Assembly (NCBI GenBank): GCA_944323805.1
Contig: CALUTW010000002.1
Span: 79,659 to 143,658, forward strand
Reading direction: 5' to 3'
Length of the DNA stretch: 64,000 bases
Source of the DNA: an uncultured Bacteroidales bacterium
GTDB taxonomy: Bacteria > Bacteroidota > Bacteroidia > Bacteroidales > UBA932
Below the pieces are notes generated by a model. That model did not search any database. It saw nothing but the letters and a program-made list of their open reading frames with translations, and was not told the DNA's origin. Numbering within the stretch: position 1 is the stretch's first letter; the number at the start of each line of letters is the position of its first letter. Of the stretch, positions 9,867 to 18,892 are shown in pieces. Position numbers and translations under genes: made by a program.

Positions 9867-11096
9867 ATGAATCTGCCGCTGTTCATAGCATGGCGCTATC
9901 TGTTTGCCAGGAAATCACATAACGTGATAAACATAATCTCGGCAATAAGTGCCGCCGGCATGGCGACTGGTACAGCTGCACTCATCATCATATTGTCAGT
10001 CTATAACGGGTTCGACTCCCTGGTAAGGTCAATGCTGGGGAACGTCGAGCCCGAACTCATGATAACACCGGCAAAAGGCAAGGTCTTCGTCCCGGAAGGA
10101 GAAGCCTACGACTGGGCATACCGGCAGGAATCGGTAAAAAGCATATGCACGGTACTGCAGGAGAAGGTCTTCATAAGCTATGAAGGCAGACAGAGCGTTG
10201 CGGACGCCAAGGGGGTGGACAACATATACATGGAAGAGTCTCCCCTGAAGGAGCATATGACAAGAGGGGAATTCTCCCTGTACAGGGGGGATGTGCCTTT
10301 GGCCGTATCCGGGGCGGGTCTCGCATATAATCTCGGGATAAACCCCAGGTTCCTATCCCCTATCGAGATATATTTCCCGTCAAGGACCGGCAACATATCC
10401 CTCTCCAACCCTGCCGCATCCGTAGAATCCATACGGGTCTTCCCGTCCGGCATATTCTCAATCAACAGCGACACGGACAATTCGCTGCTCATACTTCCTA
10501 TAGGGAAGATGAGGGAGCTGCTGGAATACGATGACGAGGTCTCGGCAGTGGAGCTGCGCATGACCGGTGCCTCCGACAAGGAGATAAGGCGTGTAAAGGA
10601 CGAAATGTCGAGGATGCTCGGCCCGGATTTCAATGTCAGCGACAGGTTCGAGCAGAATGCCGCGCTCTACAGGATGATGAAATATGAGAAAGCCTCGATA
10701 TACCTGATACTTGTCTTCGTAATAATAATCATAGCCTTCAATATATTCGGCTCGCTCTCCATGCTGATTATCGAGAAAAGGGATGACATCCTGACTTTCC
10801 GGAGTCTCGGTGCCCAGGACAGGCTTCTGAGGCGTATATTCGTGCTTGAAGGATGGCTAATCTCCCTCGCAGGACTGGCGGCAGGACTTGTGCTCGGCAT
10901 AGGGTTCTCGCTGCTGCAGCAGCATTTCGGCTTCATAAAGATGCCGGGGAATTTCCTTGTGCAGGCCTATCCTGTAATCATCTCATGGTCGGACATACTG
11001 ATTACTGCAGCGAGTGTCGCATCCATAGGCTATCTGATCGCCCTGCTGCCGGTAGCATCATTCTACCGCAAGGAACCGGACGGAAATGCATCCTGA
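9867..11096 (+). CDS. LolC/E (FtsX-like) lipoprotein-releasing ABC permease
   Basis: MNLPLFIAWRYLF, SVYNGF, IIEKRDDI, four TM segments; the rbfA-lolC/E order is typical of Bacteroidota. Confidence 0.9.
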   Translation: MNLPLFIAWRYLFARKSHNVINIISAISAAGMATGTAALIIILSVYNGFDSLVRSMLGNVEPELMITPAKGKVFVPEGEAYDWAYRQESVKSICTVLQEKVFISYEGRQSVADAKGVDNIYMEESPLKEHMTRGEFSLYRGDVPLAVSGAGLAYNLGINPRFLSPIEIYFPSRTGNISLSNPAASVESIRVFPSGIFSINSDTDNSLLILPIGKMRELLEYDDEVSAVELRMTGASDKEIRRVKDEMSRMLGPDFNVSDRFEQNAALYRMMKYEKASIYLILVFVIIIIAFNIFGSLSMLIIEKRDDILTFRSLGAQDRLLRRIFVLEGWLISLAGLAAGLVLGIGFSLLQQHFGFIKMPGNFLVQAYPVIISWSDILITAASVASIGYLIALLPVASFYRKEPDGNAS

Positions 11097-11107
11097 GCTC
11101 CCCGGAT

Positions 11108-11341
11108 TCAGAAAAGAGTCGGATGACTGTCCTGAAGCTCTGAAAGGACCTTCTCCATTACCGCCTCCCTGTACAGGACGGACTTCGTACGAATATTGAA
11201 ACGGCTGCAATATCTGTCGATTGCTGCCATTTCGCAGTCATTCAGATAAATTACCTGCCTGTGCCTGCGGACAAGCGAAGCCTTCTGCTTCTTGAGATAC
11301 TCGGGGTCAACCGCGCCTGGAAGTTTCTTTCTCTTTTTCAT
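11108..11341 (-). CDS. Small conserved Bacteroidota hypothetical protein (ribbon-helix-helix-like)
   Basis: RQVIYLNDCEMAAIDRYC...KSVLYREAVM...HPTLF resembles a recurrent Bacteroides small protein ending in PTLF; recognised from memory. Confidence 0.65.
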   Translation of the reverse strand: MKKRKKLPGAVDPEYLKKQKASLVRRHRQVIYLNDCEMAAIDRYCSRFNIRTKSVLYREAVMEKVLSELQDSHPTLF

Positions 11342-11346
11342 TCAGT

Positions 11347-12303
11347 TTATCCGATATGTGCCTTTGACTTTTCCTCCCTCAGGACATCAGCCCTGGACTT
11401 GCTCCGGTTGACAAGCAGCACTCCGGAGAACACCAGTATGATTGCCAGAAGCTTTATTATATTGAAAGAGTCCATACCCCACAGGACAGCGATGAACGTC
11501 GCGACTACCGGCTGGACATAATTGTACATGGCCACAAGTGTCGGACGCAGTGTCTTCTGGCCGACCGGGACCAGAAGATAGCACAGGAAGGTGCCGCAGA
11601 AAAGGATGAAGGCAAGGCCTGCAATCTGGTCCAGCGGAAGCTCGGCCCAGGGCTCGGACAGGAACTTCCCGGCAGTGAACGGCATCATGATGAGCGATGC
11701 AAATGTAAACATCCATTTCATGAGCGTCACAGGGGAATACCTGGCAATCAGGTCCTTGAAAATCACAAGATAAGTCGCATAGGAGCACTGGGCGAACAGG
11801 CACAGCAGGTCGCCCCATACATTCGAGTCTCCGGACTGGGTCTGGACTGCATGCGCTCCCGGCATGATACGATTGCCGAACACAAGAAGAAGCGCACCGC
11901 AGGCCCCCAGGAATACACCTGCGGCCTTCTTGGATGTAATCGGCTCCTTCAGGAAAAAGGCGGCGAGAATCATTGTCACTATAGGCAGCGATGTCGTGAT
12001 TATCGAGGCATCCACCGGAGATGTCATGGACACCCCTGTAATATATACCCCCTGATTAAGGACAATTGCAAACATCGCCGCACCGAAAAGCCTGAGGTAA
12101 TCCTTCCTGTCTACCTTTTCCTTCGGCGCAAACGGGGAAAACAGCCAGAACAGCACCGCCGCCCCGAAAATCCTGACATCCGTGACGACTATCGACCCTA
12201 CCGTCCCGGCCGACATGACGAATTTTGATATCGGAGCCATCGCTCCCCACATGATGCTCGCAGCCAGCATCGAAAGATGTCCCCTGCTCTGATCCCCTGT
12301 CAT
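11347..12303 (-). CDS. DMT/EamA family transporter
   Basis: About 10 TM helices in two EamA repeats. The true start MTGDQSRG is at 12303; the track ORF to 12669 overlaps mgsA. Confidence 0.9.
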   Translation of the reverse strand: MTGDQSRGHLSMLAASIMWGAMAPISKFVMSAGTVGSIVVTDVRIFGAAVLFWLFSPFAPKEKVDRKDYLRLFGAAMFAIVLNQGVYITGVSMTSPVDASIITTSLPIVTMILAAFFLKEPITSKKAAGVFLGACGALLLVFGNRIMPGAHAVQTQSGDSNVWGDLLCLFAQCSYATYLVIFKDLIARYSPVTLMKWMFTFASLIMMPFTAGKFLSEPWAELPLDQIAGLAFILFCGTFLCYLLVPVGQKTLRPTLVAMYNYVQPVVATFIAVLWGMDSFNIIKLLAIILVFSGVLLVNRSKSRADVLREEKSKAHIG

Positions 12304-12378
12304 CCCTTGAAAATTTGAAGCGGCAAAATTACAATTATGCGGATAATTTTCATTATAATTACGGATAATTTTTCCGAT

Positions 12379-12837
12379 ATGATACAGAATATAGCACTTG
12401 TGGCGCATGATGCCAGAAAAACCGAACTCGTGGACTGGGTAAAATTCAATGCCAGGTCCCTGGAAAACTGCAACCTCTACTGCACCGGGACCACCGGCAG
12501 GCTGATCAGGGAAGCACTTGTCGAAGTGCTCGGGGAAGAGAATATCCCGTCTGTCACATGCCTGCTGAGCGGACCTCTCGGAGGAGATGCCCAGATCGGT
12601 GCAATGATTGGCGAAGGCAAGGTGGACATGCTTGTATTCTTCTGCGACAACCTCATAATGCAGGGGCACCAGAACGATGTCATGAGCCTTGTCCGTCTCG
12701 CATCGCTCTATAACATCCCGTTCGCCACGAACAGGAGCACGGCGGATTTCATCATATCCTCACCTCTTTATACGAGCACCGAGTACAGGAAAATCATCCC
12801 TGCCTGCATCGAATCCTACAAGAACAGGAAACTGTAG
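12379..12837 (+). CDS. mgsA: Methylglyoxal synthase
   Basis: IALVAHD, CTGTTG, SGPLGGDAQIG, H-x-x-DV, NRSTAD. Start moved from 12337 to 12379. Confidence 0.95.
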   Translation: MIQNIALVAHDARKTELVDWVKFNARSLENCNLYCTGTTGRLIREALVEVLGEENIPSVTCLLSGPLGGDAQIGAMIGEGKVDMLVFFCDNLIMQGHQNDVMSLVRLASLYNIPFATNRSTADFIISSPLYTSTEYRKIIPACIESYKNRKL

Positions 12838-12887
12838 TCAGGGCACTTGCGCCAGGAATCCGGCCGCGGACATGGAAAAAACGGGGA

Positions 12888-14447
12888 TCAGCTGTCAAGC
12901 TTATCCCCGTTTTCAGTAAAGAATTCATTTTGCAGGACTGTAAAATCAGTGATTTCCATCAGCCTGATCTTACATTTATACTTTGATTTCCATCTTCCGA
13001 GGATGGATGAAAACATCCCCTTTGTCAGATATGCCCCCAGAATCGGACTTACCTTCAAGATGAAGGACCTGATATTCTTCTCTGTCACATAATAGGCCAG
13101 ACGGCGTTCTATCGCCTCGTCAATGACCACACTCGATGTGATCTTCCCTGTTCCGTGACATACAGGACATACTTCAGTCGTATTGATCTCTATTGCAGGG
13201 CGCACCCTCTGCCTTGTTATCTGCATGAGCCCGAACTTTGTAAGAGGCAGCACATTATGCTTGGCCCTGTCGGACTGCATGAGTTCCTGCATATGCTTGA
13301 AGAGCTGGTTCCTGTGCTCATTGCTCTCCATATCGATGAAGTCGACTATCACGATGCCGCCCATGTCCCTCAGACGAAGCTGGCGGGCAATCTCTTCCGC
13401 CGCATAGCAGTTGACATCAAACGTGTTCTGTTCCTGTTCCTTATTCTTGGAACGTGTGCCGCTGTTCACATCTATCACATGCAGGGCTTCCGTATGCTCT
13501 ATGACGAGATACGCCCCTTGCCTGATAGGTACAACCTTGCCGAAGGAACTCTTGATCTGCCTGGTGACCTCGAAATGGTCAAAGATGGGAGCAGCGTCCT
13601 TGTACAGCTTGACAATCTTCTCCTGTTCAGGCGATATCAGAGATATGTATTTCCTTGTCTCTTCATAAATTGCCTCGTCATTCACATATATGCTGGTAAA
13701 CGAGTCATTGAGAAGGTCCCTCAGAATGGTTGTGGTCTTGCTGTATTCGGTAAACAGCAGCTGCACGGACTTGGATCCTGTCAGCTTGTCCCAGGATGTC
13801 TCCCATTTATCAATGAGCGACATCAGCTCGGCATCCAGCACAGCCGCATTCTTTCCTTCTGCCGCCGTACGGATTATTGCACCGTAATTCTTCGGGAGAA
13901 TATTCCTGACAAGCGTCTCAAGTCTCCTTTTCTCTTCCTTTGAAGAGATCTTCTGGGATACACTCACCTTTTCTGCAAAAGGGAGGAGTACAATATTCCG
14001 TCCTGCCAATGAAATTTCCGCAGTCAGCCGTGAACCTTTCGTCGAAATCGGCTCCTTTACAATCTGGACGATTATCATCTGCCCGGGTGTCAGGACATTC
14101 TCGATACGGCCTTCCTTCTCGAGGATCGGACCGATCTTTATCGACCTGTATATCTCTCCGGGGGTAACATTGGGATTGAGCCTCCTGACAAAGTCATCGA
14201 ATGCCCTGAAATTCAACCCCAGGTCCAGATAGTGAACAAAGGCTTCCTTTTCATCGCCGATATCGACAAAGGCAGCATTAAGGGCAGGAAGAATCTTCTT
14301 TACCTTTCCGAGATATACATCCCCTACTGAAAAGGTATGCCCGTGGCTGGACTCCTTGTTGAGCTCGATAAGCCGGTGGTTCTCCATCAATGCTATCGAG
14401 ACCTCTGTCGGATTGACATCGACAATAAGCTCCTTAACAGTTTCCAT
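12888..14447 (-). CDS. rng: Ribonuclease E/G family
   Basis: S1 domain (GDVYLGKV...AAFVDIG), KEPISTKGSRLT, IDVNSG, RLRDMGGIVIVDFIDM, CPVCHGTG. Confidence 0.95.
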   Translation of the reverse strand: METVKELIVDVNPTEVSIALMENHRLIELNKESSHGHTFSVGDVYLGKVKKILPALNAAFVDIGDEKEAFVHYLDLGLNFRAFDDFVRRLNPNVTPGEIYRSIKIGPILEKEGRIENVLTPGQMIIVQIVKEPISTKGSRLTAEISLAGRNIVLLPFAEKVSVSQKISSKEEKRRLETLVRNILPKNYGAIIRTAAEGKNAAVLDAELMSLIDKWETSWDKLTGSKSVQLLFTEYSKTTTILRDLLNDSFTSIYVNDEAIYEETRKYISLISPEQEKIVKLYKDAAPIFDHFEVTRQIKSSFGKVVPIRQGAYLVIEHTEALHVIDVNSGTRSKNKEQEQNTFDVNCYAAEEIARQLRLRDMGGIVIVDFIDMESNEHRNQLFKHMQELMQSDRAKHNVLPLTKFGLMQITRQRVRPAIEINTTEVCPVCHGTGKITSSVVIDEAIERRLAYYVTEKNIRSFILKVSPILGAYLTKGMFSSILGRWKSKYKCKIRLMEITDFTVLQNEFFTENGDKLDS

Positions 14448-14503
14448 CTGGAAAATTCATTTTCAAGAACGTTAGACAGCAGGGGGATGCCCCCCTTTAT
14501 CAC

Positions 14504-14536
14504 AAAAGGGCGACCAAAAGTTCCGGTCACCCTTTT
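14504..14536 (-). terminator. Hairpin aaaagggtgacc/ggtcgccctttt downstream of hup-bS22 (terminator or attenuator before rng)
   Basis: 12-bp stem with one G-U pair and a U-run on the minus strand. Confidence 0.6.
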
Positions 14537-14571
14537 AATTAGCAGACTGCTAAAATGGCAGACACCAGAGA

Positions 14572-14664
14572 TTACTTTCTCTTCTTATGTCTATTCTTAC
14601 GCAAACGTTTCTTACGTTTGTGGGTAGCCATCTTATGTCTCTTTCTTTTCTTACCGCTTGGCAT
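14572..14664 (-). CDS. 30-aa basic ribosomal protein bS22 (AURKAIP1/COX24/mS38-like)
   Basis: Not in the ORF track. ATG 14664 to TAA 14572 encodes MPSGKKRKRHKMATHKRKKRLRKNRHKKRK, matching the conserved Bacteroidota peptide found between hup and rng. Confidence 0.85.
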   Translation of the reverse strand: MPSGKKRKRHKMATHKRKKRLRKNRHKKRK

Positions 14665-14683
14665 ACTCTAAAAATTTAACAAA

Positions 14684-14959
14684 TTATTTCTTTACTACGT
14701 TCACAAATACTTTTGCAGGCTTGAATGCCGGTATATTGTGAGCAGGAATAGTCATCGTGGTGTTCTTGGTAATGTTTCTTGCAGCCTTCTCTGCCCTGTG
14801 CTTGATGATGAAGCTGCCAAATCCACGGAGATATACTGCATTGCCCTTTGCGAGGGATTCCTTTACACTCTCCATGAATGACTCTACCACTGTCTGAACA
14901 GTGATTTTCTCAATACCAGTTGCTTTCGCAATCTCGTTTACAATCTCTGCCTTTGTCAT
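14684..14959 (-). CDS. hup: HU family DNA-binding protein
   Basis: MTKAEIVNEIA, VYLRGFGSF, ARNI, PAFKPAK. Confidence 0.95.
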   Translation of the reverse strand: MTKAEIVNEIAKATGIEKITVQTVVESFMESVKESLAKGNAVYLRGFGSFIIKHRAEKAARNITKNTTMTIPAHNIPAFKPAKVFVNVVKK

Positions 14960-15248
14960 AACAATATAGAATTTAAAAACCCAGTTTCTTTCCAGTCATT
15001 AGGGCGCAAAATTAGACTTATTTTTTCAATAATCAAAATTGCAGCAGTATTTTATTAGCTTTTTTTGGACATTTTACCCCCGATTGAGATATGTACAGCA
15101 CAGATTTCGGGAAGAAACAGGCATGACGCAGACAGAAGATGCAACGTATGGCATAAAGATTGACCATAATGGCAGCCGGCATCCTCTACGGGACAAGTCT
15201 GCCAAAATGGCAGTCCGCATTGTGATGCCTAAAAGGAAATACCATATT

Positions 15249-17651
15249 ATGAAGAATACCATCAAAGACATTTTATCTCCATCAGGGACCGAGGTAAACA
15301 TAATACCTGTGATGCAGGGCGAGGGGTTCATGAAGATAGACGAGACGGAACTTCCTGATTCACTTCCGATTCTCGCCCTCAGAAATGCCGTGATGTTCCC
15401 CGGGACAGTGTATCCTATCACAATCGGACGCGAAAAATCCATAAGGCTCATAGAGGACGCCGAGAAGAACAACAATTATATAGGTGCAGTCCCGCAGACT
15501 GACATATCGGTGGAGGACCCGAAGAAAGAGGACCTGTACAGGTACGGCACGGTGTCCAAGATACTGAAGACACTGGAGATGCCTGACGGCACAATCACAG
15601 CCATCCTGCAGGGGTTCAAACGCTTCGAAATCGATTCCATTACGGAATATGAGCCATACATGCTCGGCATGGTGCACTATCTCAATGACATTGTTCCGGA
15701 CCAGAACGGAAAGGATGTCAGGATGATAGGCGAATCCATCAAGGACAAGGCGGTCACAATGATCAAGATGTCGGCCTATATGCCGCGGGAGGCAGCCTCT
15801 GCCCTCAAGTCGATTGACAACTTCGAGTTCCTCGTCAATTTCGTAGCCTCCACAATGGAGGCCGAGAACTTCATGGACAAGGTGGAGCTGCTGCAGTACG
15901 GGGATGTCAAGGAGCGTGCGATGAAGCTTCTGACAGTGCTCGACACGCAGATAGAGCTGCTGAAAATCAAGCAGGACATCAACCAGAAGGTAAAGACAGA
16001 AATCGACCAGCAGCAAAGGGAATATTACCTCAACAGCCAGCTCAAGACCATCCAGGAAGAGCTCGGGATGGACGAAATGGAGGATTTCGAGAAGCTCAGG
16101 GCCCGTGCCGAAGAGAAGATATGGCCTGACAGTGTAAAGGAAATCTTCGAGAAGGAGATGGCCAAGCTCGAAAGATACAATCCGAGCTCGCCTGAATACA
16201 GCATCCAGTTCAATTATATACAGTTCATGCTCGACCTTCCGTGGGGCGAGATGTCGCAGGACAACCTGGACCTGAAGCATGCGCAGAAAATCCTGGACGA
16301 AGACCATTTCGGGCTGGAGACAGTAAAGGACAGGATCATTGAATACCTTGCAGTACTGAAGCTTAAGGGGAACATGAAGTCCCCGATACTGTGCCTGTAC
16401 GGGCCTCCGGGGGTCGGAAAGACCAGCCTCGGAAAGTCAATCGCAAGAGCGCTCGGCAGGAAATATATCCGGATTGCACTCGGAGGCGTGCATGACGAGT
16501 CCGAGATAAGAGGCCACAGGAAGACATATGTCGGAGCCCTTCCGGGAAGAATCCTGAACGGCATCAACCGGGCCGGGACATCCAACCCTGTCATAGTGCT
16601 GGATGAGATAGACAAGATAAGCAGCGACATAAAGGGAGACCCGTCATCGGCTCTTCTCGAGGCGCTCGACCCGGAGCAGAACACCACGTTCCACGACAAT
16701 TATCTCGACATAGACTATGACCTGTCGAACGTGCTGTTCATAACCACCGCCAACAATACGGCAACAATACAGCCTGCTCTGAGGGACAGGATGGAGATGA
16801 TCTCCGTGTCAGGCTATCTCGCCGAGGAGAAGATGTGCATAGCCAAGGACTATCTGATTCCGCGCCAGCTTGAGGAACACGGGCTTGACAGGAAACAGCT
16901 CCGCATCGACAAGTCCGCCCTCACCGCAATCATCGACCGGTACACGAGGGAATCCGGAGTCCGCGGACTGGAGAAGCAGATTGCCAAGATTGCCAGAGTG
17001 ACGGCAAAGAAGATTGCACTCGGGGAGGATTACCCGAAAGTAATAAAGAAAGAGCATCTCAAGGAATACCTCGGGCTGCCTACCAATTTCCATGACGTGC
17101 AGAAAGGGAACGAGGCCCCGGGAGTGGTTACGGGTCTTGCATGGACAGAAATGGGCGGAGAGATCCTTTTCATTGAAAGCTCGGTAAGCAACGGGAAAGG
17201 CGTACTGACAATGACAGGGAACCTCGGAGACGTGATGAAGGAATCCGCGACAATAGCATGGCAGTATATCAAGGCCCATCCGGAGATGGCGAAGATCACT
17301 TCGGAAGAGTTCGACAAAAAGGACATCCATGTGCATGTCCCTGAGGGAGCCGTACCTAAGGACGGTCCGTCTGCCGGAATAACAATGGTCAGCTCAATGG
17401 TGTCTGCCCTCAGGAAGCAGCAGGTCAGGAGCGGCATCGCCATGACGGGCGAGATGACCCTGAGAGGACGCGTGCTGCCGGTCGGAGGCATCAAGGAAAA
17501 GATACTTGCCGCCAAAAGGTCCGGCATCCACACCATCATCATCTCCGAAGACAACCGCAAGGATATAGAGGACATCAAGGAAATCTATATCAAAGGGCTT
17601 GAATTCATATACGTGAAGTCAATCGATGATGTCATGAAAGCCATTTTCTGA
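15249..17651 (+). CDS. lon: Lon protease (endopeptidase La)
   Basis: [13 protein letters not shown], Walker [30 protein letters not shown]. The ATG at 15249 is preferred to the track start at 15039. Confidence 0.98.
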   Translation: MKNTIKDILSPSGTEVNIIPVMQGEGFMKIDETELPDSLPILALRNAVMFPGTVYPITIGREKSIRLIEDAEKNNNYIGAVPQTDISVEDPKKEDLYRYGTVSKILKTLEMPDGTITAILQGFKRFEIDSITEYEPYMLGMVHYLNDIVPDQNGKDVRMIGESIKDKAVTMIKMSAYMPREAASALKSIDNFEFLVNFVASTMEAENFMDKVELLQYGDVKERAMKLLTVLDTQIELLKIKQDINQKVKTEIDQQQREYYLNSQLKTIQEELGMDEMEDFEKLRARAEEKIWPDSVKEIFEKEMAKLERYNPSSPEYSIQFNYIQFMLDLPWGEMSQDNLDLKHAQKILDEDHFGLETVKDRIIEYLAVLKLKGNMKSPILCLYGPPGVGKTSLGKSIARALGRKYIRIALGGVHDESEIRGHRKTYVGALPGRILNGINRAGTSNPVIVLDEIDKISSDIKGDPSSALLEALDPEQNTTFHDNYLDIDYDLSNVLFITTANNTATIQPALRDRMEMISVSGYLAEEKMCIAKDYLIPRQLEEHGLDRKQLRIDKSALTAIIDRYTRESGVRGLEKQIAKIARVTAKKIALGEDYPKVIKKEHLKEYLGLPTNFHDVQKGNEAPGVVTGLAWTEMGGEILFIESSVSNGKGVLTMTGNLGDVMKESATIAWQYIKAHPEMAKITSEEFDKKDIHVHVPEGAVPKDGPSAGITMVSSMVSALRKQQVRSGIAMTGEMTLRGRVLPVGGIKEKILAAKRSGIHTIIISEDNRKDIEDIKEIYIKGLEFIYVKSIDDVMKAIF

Positions 17652-17675
17652 CAGCAGCACATATGGTATACGGAC

Positions 17676-18344
17676 ATGGACGTGAAAATTGAACAGAGCT
17701 GGAAAGAGGCTCTGAAGGATGAGTTCGGGAAACCGTATTTTGAGAATCTCGTACGGTACCTCCATGAGGAAAAGTCTGCCGGTAAGACAATCTATCCTCC
17801 CGGCAGACAGATATTCAAGGCTTTTGAGCTCACTCCGGTCAATGAGGTAAAGGTCGTCATCCTTGGACAAGACCCGTATCACGGGGCCGGGCAGGCAATG
17901 GGGCTCTCATTCTCGGTACCTGACAACATGCCGGCTCCCCCGTCCCTGAAAAACATCTTCAGGGAAATCCATGACGATCTCGGCATCACGATGAGCGGCC
18001 GGCCCAATCTTGAAGGCTGGGCAAGGCAGGGGGTCCTGCTGCTGAACGCCATACTGACAGTGCGTGCCGGAGAAGCCGCATCCCACAGCAGGATAGGATG
18101 GACGGAATTCACGGATGCAGTCATAAAATACATATCGGACAATCTGGACGGCATCGTATTCATGCTCTGGGGAAATTTCGCCCGCAGCAAGAAAGCGCTC
18201 ATCGACCAGACACGCCACCACGTGCTTGAGGCGGCACACCCTTCCCCCCTGGCCGGCGGTGCATTTTTCGGATGCAGACATTTCTCCAGGGCGAATGCCA
18301 TACTTGAGTCGGAAGGCAGGACACCTGTTGACTGGCAGCTGTAG
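17676..18344 (+). CDS. ung: Uracil-DNA glycosylase, family 1
   Basis: GQDPYH, GVLLLN, HPSPLA. Confidence 0.98.
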   Translation: MDVKIEQSWKEALKDEFGKPYFENLVRYLHEEKSAGKTIYPPGRQIFKAFELTPVNEVKVVILGQDPYHGAGQAMGLSFSVPDNMPAPPSLKNIFREIHDDLGITMSGRPNLEGWARQGVLLLNAILTVRAGEAASHSRIGWTEFTDAVIKYISDNLDGIVFMLWGNFARSKKALIDQTRHHVLEAAHPSPLAGGAFFGCRHFSRANAILESEGRTPVDWQL

Positions 18345-18376
18345 CCGATACATAGAAACCACTGACATACAATAAG

Positions 18377-18892
18377 ATGAAAACCAAAGCTTTGTTTCCA
18401 GGCTCTTTCGACCCGTTCACATCAGGACATCTGAATATCCTTAAAAGGGCATTGACAATGTTCGATGAAGTGACCGTAGCAATCGGCGTAAACATTGACA
18501 AGCGTGGATTCTTCCCGACCGAGATGAAGATGGACATCATCAGGGAAGCGACCAGAGGTCTTGAGGGGGTCGATGTCATCTTCTATGACAATCTTACCGT
18601 GGATGCATGCCGGGCCCTGGGCATAAGGCATATAGTGCGTGGCGTAAGGAACATGATAGATTTCGAGACAGAACGCTCAATCGCCGATGCCAACAGGAAA
18701 CTTGCACCGGAAATAGAGACAATAATCATCCCTACGGCACAGGAATACGCCCACATATCATCCACTGCCGTCAGGGACATACTCAAGCATCATGGAGACA
18801 CTTCCATGTTCATACCTGAAGGGGTAGACCTGCACAGTCTTGCGGAAAAGATGAGATGCAGGGAAACGGGACAGTCACTGGACAGGGCATGA
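18377..18892 (+). CDS. coaD: Phosphopantetheine adenylyltransferase
   Basis: PGSFDPFTSGH, RGVRNMIDFE, ISSTAVR. Confidence 0.97.
   Translation: MKTKALFPGSFDPFTSGHLNILKRALTMFDEVTVAIGVNIDKRGFFPTEMKMDIIREATRGLEGVDVIFYDNLTVDACRALGIRHIVRGVRNMIDFETERSIADANRKLAPEIETIIIPTAQEYAHISSTAVRDILKHHGDTSMFIPEGVDLHSLAEKMRCRETGQSLDRA

Noticed and set aside
11347-12669. 440-aa version of the EamA ORF, and similar 5' extensions (840, 15039, 22986, 40624, 40699, 44464, 49445, 49461)
   Set aside because: The extensions overlap neighbouring genes or TAnnTTTG promoter elements and lack family similarity; downstream ATGs fit better.
13155-13943. Long antisense ORFs (also 15360-16307, 28199-29350, 34475-35239, 46475-47296, 53787-54533)
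   Set aside because: They are shadow frames opposite well-supported genes, expected at this GC level and codon bias, with no recognisable motifs.
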